Shown here in pieces: positions 1-7,467 of a DNA stretch of 64,000 nt. The first letter of the stretch is position 1. Each line of letters opens with the position of its first letter. Both the position numbers and the translations under genes were made by a program. The notes under the pieces were generated by a model. It was not told the DNA's origin. It saw only the letters and a program-made list of their open reading frames with translations, and searched no databases. Source of the DNA: an uncultured Eubacteriales bacterium (lineage in GTDB: Bacteria > Acidobacteriota > Aminicenantia > Aminicenantales > Aminicenantaceae); the NCBI GenBank assembly GCA_964406575.1, contig CAYOSH010000009.1:35014-99013 (forward strand), read 5' to 3'.

Positions 1-243
1 TTCTCTTTAGTGCTTTGGGCTGATAAACACGAGGCTCTTCAGAAGATTAGGCAGATTGAAAAAGAATTGGAAAATTGTGAAATTCTTTCTGATGCTGACA
101 TAACAACAAGTGTATCTTTCTCTATGATAGATGTATTGAAAAGTCAAAATAGTAAGAACATAGATCGGATTGTGAGAGGGATTTCCAATAGGATCAAAGA
201 AATAGAGAGAAGTGATATTTTTCTGAGGAGAGAATTAGAATGA
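1..243 (+). CDS. partial CDS, 3' end only (N-terminus lies upstream of the window); function unknown
   Basis: Frame 1 is open from base 1 (FSLVLWADKHEALQKIRQIEKELE...) to TGA at 241-243. The stop overlaps the next start (ATGA at 240-243). No recognisable motif. Confidence 0.4.
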   Translation, partial: FSLVLWADKHEALQKIRQIEKELENCEILSDADITTSVSFSMIDVLKSQNSKNIDRIVRGISNRIKEIERSDIFLRRELE

Positions 244-632
244 GCCAAAAAAAAATTCTTATTGTTGAAGATGATTTAGACTTGGCAAAGGCCTTAACCA
301 AACGGCTCAATGCCAATTCCTATGATGCTGTCTGTGCCTTTGATGCCATTTCGGCTACTCGTATGGCCCGAAGAGAAAAACCAGATTTGATAATCTTAGA
401 CATCGGTTTGCCAGGCGGAGATGGTTTTGTCGTCAAAAAAAGGCTGAAAATGTATACAAGCCTTTCTGATCTCCCTGTTATCGTTATTACAGGCAAAGAT
501 GTTATCAGTACCTTTGAACGGTCTATCAAGGCTCAAGTGGAAGCGTTCTTTCGAAAACCCGTTGATGAGGCCCAACTTTTGAGTGTTATCAGCAGAGTCC
601 TAGAAGAGCGTGATGATTCATTGAGAGGTTGA
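240..632 (+). CDS. stand-alone response regulator receiver (CheY-like)
   Basis: 130-aa ORF with the REC pattern ILIVEDD ... DLIILDIGLPGGDG ... VIVITGKD ... FRKP. There is no output domain. ATGA overlap with the upstream ORF. Confidence 0.9.
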   Translation: MSQKKILIVEDDLDLAKALTKRLNANSYDAVCAFDAISATRMARREKPDLIILDIGLPGGDGFVVKKRLKMYTSLSDLPVIVITGKDVISTFERSIKAQVEAFFRKPVDEAQLLSVISRVLEERDDSLRG

Positions 633-752
633 ATGCATTGGTTCTCTGTAATTATCGCTTAATCCATCTTGAACATTTTCAATCAATACCCGCACTAAAT
701 GGAACAGAATCTGTATAGTTGGCAGCCGATGTATCCAATTTAGCTTTCCTAA

Positions 753-1889
753 ATGAAGAAACCTCAAATCTTGGTTGTCGAAGACGAAGGCATAGTTGCG
801 AAAAGCATCCAGAATATGTTGCGTAATTTAGGATATAGTTCCTCAGGATTTGCGACTTCCGGAGAGATGGCCATACAAAAAGCAGAAGAGATCCAGCCTG
901 ATTTGATTTTGATGGATATCAGGCTAAAAGGGACTATGGATGGTGTGGAAGCGGCCCAAGAAATACACAGAAGGTTTGGTATTCCGATTGTGTATTTGAC
1001 AGCCTACGGAGATGAGAAAACTCTTGAAAGAGCAAAGATCAGCGAGCCATTTGGATATTTGCTCAAGCCTTTTGAAGAACAAGATCTGCACTCGACCATT
1101 GAAATGGCCCTGTATAAGAGCAAAATGGAGAAAAAACGGGAGGAACTTCATAGAAAATTGAAAGAATCTCAGGCCAAGCTTATTCAAACTGAAAAGATGG
1201 CGGCCATGGGAACAATGACAGCCGGACTTGCCCATGAACTGAACAATCCGCTCATGAGCATTCTCAATTTTGTGCTCTATGCCCAGAAACACACCCCGAA
1301 AGATTATAGGATATACCCTATGCTGCATGATGCGGAAACTGAGACTCGGCGTTGTGTGGATATTATACGTAATCTTTTAATGTATTCCCGGATGGAGGAG
1401 AGTGAAGAAGGATTCAAGAAAGAGAGTCTTGCCGTTATTCTGGAGCGTGTATTGGCACTGTTGTCGAGTCAAATAAAGAGCCAGAAAGTTCTACTAACGA
1501 AGAGAATTAGCAGGGGAATCCCAATGATATGGGTGTTGGAAAACAACATGCAGCAGATCTTTTTCAATATTATCGGCAACGCTTTGGATGCTGTGAAAGA
1601 AGTGGAGATAAAAAAAGTTCATGTTGACATGAGGCAGAAGGGAGAATACTGTCAGGTGCTCATTTCTGATAGTGGAAAAGGCATCTCTTCAGAAAATCAG
1701 TCAAAAATTTTTGATCCCTTTTTCACTACAAAATCAGTTGGTGAGGGGACAGGCCTTGGATTATCCATTTGCCAGAGTATAGTCAAGGCTCATGGGGGCA
1801 CGATTTCATTTGATAGCCAGTGTGACAAAGAAGCAACATTTAAGATTCTTCTTCCGATCGAGAGAAGAGGATCAAAGGAAGGTGTTTAA
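753..1889 (+). CDS. hybrid sensor histidine kinase (N-terminal REC + HisKA + HATPase_c)
   Basis: REC (ILVVEDEG...LILMDIRL...LLKPF), H-box LAHELNNPL, N-box NIIGNALDA, G-boxes DSGKGI and GEGTGLGLS. Confidence 0.9.
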   Translation: MKKPQILVVEDEGIVAKSIQNMLRNLGYSSSGFATSGEMAIQKAEEIQPDLILMDIRLKGTMDGVEAAQEIHRRFGIPIVYLTAYGDEKTLERAKISEPFGYLLKPFEEQDLHSTIEMALYKSKMEKKREELHRKLKESQAKLIQTEKMAAMGTMTAGLAHELNNPLMSILNFVLYAQKHTPKDYRIYPMLHDAETETRRCVDIIRNLLMYSRMEESEEGFKKESLAVILERVLALLSSQIKSQKVLLTKRISRGIPMIWVLENNMQQIFFNIIGNALDAVKEVEIKKVHVDMRQKGEYCQVLISDSGKGISSENQSKIFDPFFTTKSVGEGTGLGLSICQSIVKAHGGTISFDSQCDKEATFKILLPIERRGSKEGV

Positions 1890-1890
1890 A

Positions 1891-2274
1891 ATGCCTAGAC
1901 GTATTCTCGTCATTGATGACGAAACAGGTATCAGGAAATCATTTATGTTGGCATTCGAGGACACTCCCTATGAGGTCCAAACTGCAGAATCAGGGGAGAA
2001 AGGAATTGCCATGGCCAAAAAATCGAAATATGATTTGGCCTTTCTTGATTTAAAAATGCCAGGCATGAATGGGGTGGAGACATTGCGGGAACTCCGGAAA
2101 ATGGACAGGGATGTCCCTATATACATCATTACGGCCTTTCATCAGGAGTTCTTTGACCAGCTCAAGAAGGCTAAAGAAGACAAATTGGATTTTGAGCTCC
2201 TCCAGAAGCCGGTCGATAGTGAAAAACTTGTGGCGATTGTCAGGGCTATTTTTGAAGGTTCAGCAAGGTATTGA
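1891..2274 (+). CDS. stand-alone response regulator receiver
   Basis: ATG at 1891 lies 1 nt after the kinase stop. The product MPRRILVIDDETGIRKSF...LAFLDLKMPGMNG...LQKP is a complete REC. The upstream extension in the ORF track overlaps the kinase and was trimmed. Confidence 0.85.
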   Translation: MPRRILVIDDETGIRKSFMLAFEDTPYEVQTAESGEKGIAMAKKSKYDLAFLDLKMPGMNGVETLRELRKMDRDVPIYIITAFHQEFFDQLKKAKEDKLDFELLQKPVDSEKLVAIVRAIFEGSARY

Positions 2275-2284
2275 GAGGTTAGCC

Positions 2285-2545
2285 ATGTATTTATTAAGAC
2301 TTTACATTGCCGGTCAAACCGCCAAGGCCCAAAAAGCTATAAAGGATCTGGAAGCGCTTTTAGACGAATACTGCAAGGGAGAATATTCATTTGAGATTAT
2401 TGATATCATGGAGAACCCTCAACTGGCAACATATGATCAGATTATCGTCACGCCTACAATTATAAAGCTGCTGCCGCCACCAATAGCCAGAATAACAGGA
2501 GAGTTTAATGATAAAAACCGGGCCAAGGAAGCGTTAGGTTTATGA
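2285..2545 (+). CDS. kaiB: KaiB-family (circadian clock protein KaiB-like, thioredoxin-like fold) protein
   Basis: The 86-aa product MYLLRLYIAGQTAKAQKAIKDLEALL...FEIIDIMENPQLATYDQIIVTPTIIKLLPPPIARITGEF aligns end to end with cyanobacterial KaiB as I recall it (YILKLYVAGNTPNS...[37 protein letters not shown]). ATG lies 11 nt after the preceding REC gene. Confidence 0.85.
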   Translation: MYLLRLYIAGQTAKAQKAIKDLEALLDEYCKGEYSFEIIDIMENPQLATYDQIIVTPTIIKLLPPPIARITGEFNDKNRAKEALGL

Positions 2546-2668
2546 GGAGGGAAGGGAAGAGAAATTCTTGGCAGATCAGGAAAAGGTTTGTTTTCTTATG
2601 TTCCAATGAATGCGATCTTCAACATCAAATTTAAATCTTTTCCCAAATTTAAAAAGAAGGCAAAAAAA

Positions 2669-3055
2669 ATGACAAAAGCACAGCTACTTATTGTGGAAGA
2701 TGATGGTCTTGTGGCTAAAGACATTGAGATAATGCTGGAAAAGTTGAGTTACGGCGTCGCGGGAGTAGCCATGTCTGGAGAAAAAGCTGTTATTAAAGCG
2801 ACGGATTTGCGGCCAGATTTGATCCTGATGGATATCGGATTGAGAGGATACCTGAATGGGATAGAAGCAGCGGAAAAGATCCGTAGTCGGTTGAATATTC
2901 CTGTGGTCTATCTGACTGCCTATGGGGATGAGGATACCATTGAAAAAGCTAAAAAAACAAAGCCTTTGGGATTTTTATTCAAGCCCATCCAGGAGGATGA
3001 TTTATCTCACGCTATAGAGCAAGCTCTTTTTAAGAGTGAAACGGGAAGAAATTGA
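2669..3055 (+). CDS. response regulator receiver (REC only; probably the detached N-terminus of the next gene)
   Basis: MTKAQLLIVEDDGLVAKDIE...LILMDIGL...FLFKP. It is a close paralogue of the REC domains at 753 and 5442. It ends in an A-rich run 1 nt out of frame with the next ORF. Confidence 0.85.
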   Translation: MTKAQLLIVEDDGLVAKDIEIMLEKLSYGVAGVAMSGEKAVIKATDLRPDLILMDIGLRGYLNGIEAAEKIRSRLNIPVVYLTAYGDEDTIEKAKKTKPLGFLFKPIQEDDLSHAIEQALFKSETGRN

Positions 3056-4050
3056 AAAAGAAAAAGCATTGGGTAGAGGCAGCGTTCAAGATTATGGGGG
3101 ATGCAGTGATTACAACTGATAAAGAGGGCACAGTGACATTCATGAATCCTGTTGCTGAAGATCTGACAGGCTGGAAACTTGAAGAGGCGATAGGGAGAGA
3201 TTTGGGAGAAGAGCTCAATATTTTAAAGGATGAAAGAATAGCCTCGGGCGTTGTACGGAAAAAATATACTTCGGAAAACTGGGTGACGGAAGAAATTGAA
3301 TCTGATACTCAGGCAGTACTTGTGTCTAAAAAGGGAGAGAAGATACCAATTAGGTACAGCAAAACTCCTATTTATGACGAGAGAGATGACACTCTCAGTT
3401 GTGTGTTGGTTCTGAAGGATATTTCTCCTCAGAGGAAAGTTGAGGAAATTCTCAAGCAAAACAGTGAGAAATTGAGGAAGGCCATGGAATGCACTATCCA
3501 AGCCATATCCCTGATTGTGGAAACGAGGGATCACTACACGGCCACGCATCAACGAAGGGTTTCACACTTGGCATGCGCCATAGCAGAGAAGATGGGCTTT
3601 GTAGAGGAGAGGCTTAATGGAATTCTCGTGGCCGGTGGTTTTCATGATATTGGAAAGATATATTCACCCAAAGAAATTCTCAACAAACCCGGAAAATTGA
3701 CAGATAGTGAGTATGCAGTCATCATGAATCACTCCCAGGTAGGGTATGAAATCTTAAAGACTGTCGAATTCCCCTGGCCAATCGCCCAAAGGGTGCTCCA
3801 GCATCATGAAAGGATGGATGGATCGGGCTATCCAAATGGATTATCGGGTGAAGATATTCTTTTAGAAGCGAGACTATTGGCTGTCGCCGATGTTGTCGAG
3901 GCGATGTCGGCCGACCGGCCATACAGACGGGCATTAGGAATTGATGTGGCCTTGGAAGAGATCGAGAAGGAGAGAGGCGAAACGTTTGATCCTGAAGTTG
4001 TCGATGCCTGTTTGAGACTATTCAGAGAAGATGGATATAAACTTGATTAA
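3052..4050 (+). CDS. PAS domain + HD-GYP domain protein (putative c-di-GMP phosphodiesterase)
   Basis: PAS (GDAVITTDKEGTVTFMNPVAEDLTGW), HD (GGFHDIGKI) and HHERMDGSGYPNGL (GYP). The only available start is TTG at 3052. Confidence 0.8.
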   Translation: MKKKKHWVEAAFKIMGDAVITTDKEGTVTFMNPVAEDLTGWKLEEAIGRDLGEELNILKDERIASGVVRKKYTSENWVTEEIESDTQAVLVSKKGEKIPIRYSKTPIYDERDDTLSCVLVLKDISPQRKVEEILKQNSEKLRKAMECTIQAISLIVETRDHYTATHQRRVSHLACAIAEKMGFVEERLNGILVAGGFHDIGKIYSPKEILNKPGKLTDSEYAVIMNHSQVGYEILKTVEFPWPIAQRVLQHHERMDGSGYPNGLSGEDILLEARLLAVADVVEAMSADRPYRRALGIDVALEEIEKERGETFDPEVVDACLRLFREDGYKLD

Positions 4051-4062
4051 AAGAAGTGATGA

Positions 4063-4437
4063 ATGATGCGTGTATTCATTGCAGACGATTCTGGAGACAT
4101 TCGCACCTCCCTGAGGAAAAGACTGTCCCTGATTGAGGGAGTTGAAATTGTCGGAGATTCAGAGACTACAACTGGTGCCACAAGAGAAATAGAGAGGCTA
4201 AAGCCGGATTTTGTGATCCTGGATCTTTTTATGCCCGGAGGGGGTGGGATTGTTACACTCAAAGCAATAAAAAAGGCAAAACCTCCGCCAAAAGTTATCG
4301 TGTTTACAAACTATTCTCTCCCAGAATACAAAAAATTGTGTTTGGCATACGGAGCCGAACGCTTTTATGACAAATCCACCGAATTCCGTGAACTTATTGC
4401 TACTATCAGTCAATATCAAGAAATAAGATTTCAATAA
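4063..4437 (+). CDS. stand-alone response regulator receiver (NarL/FixJ-like REC without HTH)
   Basis: MMRVFIADDSGDIRTSL...FVILDLFMPGGGG...; 124 aa, no output domain. Confidence 0.85.
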   Translation: MMRVFIADDSGDIRTSLRKRLSLIEGVEIVGDSETTTGATREIERLKPDFVILDLFMPGGGGIVTLKAIKKAKPPPKVIVFTNYSLPEYKKLCLAYGAERFYDKSTEFRELIATISQYQEIRFQ

Positions 4438-4454
4438 AAGCCAGGAGGTTACGG

Positions 4455-4572
4455 ATGATGCATCTATTTACGTCTATTTATTGCAGACAATTCTGAGATG
4501 ATCCGGACATATCTAATGCCAACGATCTTTCCTACGCTGAAGTGTTATGTGAACCGCTGGAAAATTTTATGA
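4455..4572 (+). pseudogene. 5' remnant of a receiver-domain gene, disrupted by a 10-bp tandem duplication
   Basis: RBS-like CCAGGAGG precedes ATGATG. Removing one copy of the tandem CATCTATTTA/CGTCTATTTA (4461-4480) gives MMRLFIADNSEMIRTYL, which matches the start of the gene at 4063 (MMRVFIADDSGDIRTSL). Similarity is lost after about 17 codons, and the frame stops at 4570-4572. Confidence 0.55.
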
Positions 4573-4649
4573 ACGAGGGAGACGTTGTCATTTGATTTTG
4601 TGCCATCTGATTATGCGGACAATGAACAATTTGTTAAAGTTGAAAGTTT

Positions 4650-5240
4650 ATGGTTGAAGAAATTTATCTGATTCGTCACGGATTGACAGACTCGAATAAG
4701 AAAAAGATTTATGCGGGCTGGAATGGAGAGAGTTTGAGTGCGGAAGGAATTATGGCGATTAGAGATGTCAGTAAAAGGTTGCTGAAATTCCATATAGAAA
4801 AGATTTATTCGAGTCCTATCCGAAGAGCTATCCAGACCGCTGAAATCATCGGTAGTACCTTGAAGGTAGGTGTTGTTATTGAAGGATATCTTAAAGAAAT
4901 GCAAATGGGCCCATGGGAAGGATTATCTGAGAATGAAGTAGCAGAGATCTATCCAAATGAATGGAAAATATGGAACACAAAACCTTCAGACTTGAGGATA
5001 GAAAGAAGAGAGATTCTAAGAGATTTGCTGTTGAGATCTTTGATTGGCATAAACAGGATTTCTGGTCTTTCAAATTGCTCAAGAATTCTTGCTGTCACAC
5101 ATATCGCAATTATCCGAATGTTGATGGTTTATCACAACGGATTGTATCTGGATGACTACAGGAAAATAGAAGCGCCAAACGGCGCAGTTTTTGTTATCAA
5201 CAGTAACAAACCCTCAAAAAAAATGATACGAGTCTTCTAA
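4650..5240 (+). CDS. histidine phosphatase superfamily protein (phosphoglycerate mutase-like / CobC-like)
   Basis: N-terminal IYLIRHGLTDSN (RHG catalytic motif); 196 aa. Confidence 0.75.
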   Translation: MVEEIYLIRHGLTDSNKKKIYAGWNGESLSAEGIMAIRDVSKRLLKFHIEKIYSSPIRRAIQTAEIIGSTLKVGVVIEGYLKEMQMGPWEGLSENEVAEIYPNEWKIWNTKPSDLRIERREILRDLLLRSLIGINRISGLSNCSRILAVTHIAIIRMLMVYHNGLYLDDYRKIEAPNGAVFVINSNKPSKKMIRVF

Positions 5241-5441
5241 AAAATCCACTCCAATTGAAATGATATTTTTATTTGAAGGTTTATATCTTTTGTTCAATAA
5301 ATCATCTTTCTTTATACCTTTCACCTGCGGTCATAATCCATAGGAGATATATTTATTAAAATCCCCTCCAGGTAGCTATTTGATCAAAAAACTTAAAAGC
5401 TCAAGAATTTCTTCTTAAGTTATCGAAAAAGGAGTTGAATT

Positions 5442-6842
5442 ATGTCTACAGCAAGGATACTGGTCGTTGAGGATGAAGGCATTGTAGCTCAAAGCATACA
5501 AAACATGTTGAATAATTTGGGATATGATGTGTGCGGAATTGCTCTTACTGGGAAAGCAGCTGTCCGGAAAGCCGGGGAAACACAGCCTGATTTGGTGCTA
5601 ATGGATATCAAGCTGAAGGGAGATATGGACGGTGTGGATGCTGCGGAACAAATCCTTGAGTTATTCGACCTTCCTGTGGTTTTTCTGACTGCCTATGTTG
5701 ATGAGGCAACCCTCCGACGAGCCAAGATCACGCAACCTTTTGGATATTTGCTCAAACCTTTCGAAGAGCAGGATTTACATTCGACTATCGAGATTGCATT
5801 GTACAAAAGCAAAATGGACAGAAAACTGAAAGAGAGAGAACATTGGTTCTCAACAGTACTCCAGAGCATCGGCGATGGAGTGATTGTGACAGATAAAGGG
5901 GGGAAAGTGACATTCATGAATCCTGTAGCCGAGGAGTTGAGTGGCAAGAAGTTGGAAAAGGTGTCAGGAAAATCCATGAAGGGTAATTTCAATATAACAA
6001 ATGAAGAAACTGTTCTTTCCAAATTATATAATGGGAGAAAACCGATTGATAAAAGTAATCTCCATCGCATTAACCAATCCGTACTGAGCAAGGAAAATCG
6101 AAAGATTCCCATTGATTGTAACAATGCTCCAATATTGGATGATAAAGGCAGTATGCTGGGCAATGTATTGGTCTTCCGTGACATAACTGAAAGGGTGGAC
6201 GCTCAGGAAGAGCTTCGGCAGAGTTTCATAAAAACACAGCGTGTATTGGAAGAGACAATCCATGCTATCTCTAGAATAGTGGAGACGCGAGATCCTTACA
6301 CAGCAGGTCACCAGCAGCGTGTGGCAAATCTTGCATGTGCAATCGCCACAGAAATGGGTCTTCCTGACGATCAGATCGATGGCATTCGCTTTGCTGGTGC
6401 CATTCATGATATTGGCAAATTGTTCGTCCCTGCAGAGATTCTCTCTAAGCCAACAAAATTAAACGATGCAGAAATGGTCCTGGTAAAAAGCCATCCCAAG
6501 GTTGGATATGAAATATTGAAAGGGATTGAGTTCCCCTGGCCTGTAGCTGAAATCATACTCCAGCATCACGAGAGAATGCTGGGAGATGGCTACCCAAATG
6601 GATTAAAAGGGCCAGAGATTCTCTTGGGGGCCAGAATTTTAGCAGTCGCGGATGTCGTAGAGGCCATGTCTTCCCATCGGCCTTATCGTCCTGCTCTAGG
6701 AATTAATAAAGCCTTGGAAGAGATTTCCGTTTATAGATCATATTCTTACGATCCAGATGTGGTGGATGCGTGTTTGAGGATATTTGAGAAGAAGTATGAT
6801 TGGATCTCTAAAGAGATGGGAAAGCCTATTTTTGCCGAATGA
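5442..6842 (+). CDS. response regulator with PAS and HD-GYP output domains (REC-PAS-HD-GYP)
   Basis: REC (ILVVEDEGIVAQSIQ...LVLMDIKL...LLKPF), PAS (GDGVIVTDKGGKVTFMNPVAEELSG), HD (GAIHDIGKL) and HHERMLGDGYPNGL. Confidence 0.9.
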   Translation: MSTARILVVEDEGIVAQSIQNMLNNLGYDVCGIALTGKAAVRKAGETQPDLVLMDIKLKGDMDGVDAAEQILELFDLPVVFLTAYVDEATLRRAKITQPFGYLLKPFEEQDLHSTIEIALYKSKMDRKLKEREHWFSTVLQSIGDGVIVTDKGGKVTFMNPVAEELSGKKLEKVSGKSMKGNFNITNEETVLSKLYNGRKPIDKSNLHRINQSVLSKENRKIPIDCNNAPILDDKGSMLGNVLVFRDITERVDAQEELRQSFIKTQRVLEETIHAISRIVETRDPYTAGHQQRVANLACAIATEMGLPDDQIDGIRFAGAIHDIGKLFVPAEILSKPTKLNDAEMVLVKSHPKVGYEILKGIEFPWPVAEIILQHHERMLGDGYPNGLKGPEILLGARILAVADVVEAMSSHRPYRPALGINKALEEISVYRSYSYDPDVVDACLRIFEKKYDWISKEMGKPIFAE

Positions 6843-6865
6843 AGAAAATGCTCCTCCATATCTGA

Positions 6866-7114
6866 CCTCTCGAGTGTTTCAAACCAATCATAGAGATCAT
6901 TAATGAAAGTCGATCCTTCGATCAGAGCTCATACCCGTTAGGTGAAATTCAAAATATTTATAAACCAATCCAATCATCAAAACTGGATGGGATGCAGACA
7001 ATTGAGCAATCCCTCGTACAGCTTTGCAAAGAAGGAAAAATAAATTTTGAAATCGCGAAATCCTTTCTTAAGGATTATTCTAAATTTGAATTTATGCAGT
7101 TAGTGGGCAGCTAA
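6866..7114 (+). pseudogene. C-terminal remnant of a PilT/PilU-family type IV pilus retraction ATPase
   Basis: The frame is open only from 6866 to TAA at 7112-7114 and has no plausible full-length start. Its translation ...IQNIYKPIQSSKLDGMQTIEQSLVQLCKEGKINFEIAKSF... resembles the conserved PilT C-terminus (..GMQT.dQSL..L...G.I....A...). Confidence 0.5.
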
Positions 7115-7467
7115 TCAGTTAACAGAAAAAGAGAGGCAACCTCGCTTTTAATCCCTTACGTTCCTCCATATATCCTACATTTATCCTCCCCATATTAAGT
7201 TCTTTCCAAATATTCATTCCAAAAATTTATCCCTCCATCCTTTTCACCTCCTTCCTTTCGCTGACCTTGAGCGGTAGTTTATCTTTAGTTTAAAGTCTTT
7301 GTCTGGTGGGGAGGAGCTTTCCCCAACTTCCTTGCAAAATCGATGAAATTCATATAATCTTTTTATGCTCTTTACCAGAGTAAAAATGACTGCTCGAATC
7401 CAAACTCAGACATCGGCATCAAATGACGGTCTTATTTGATAATTTATATTAGTGAAGGAGTTTAAGA

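Noticed and set aside
1-243. The partial ORF upstream of the REC/kaiB genes might be the C-terminus of KaiC.
   Set aside because: The 80 visible residues show no resemblance to the KaiC C-terminal region that I can recognise. This cannot be decided without the upstream sequence.
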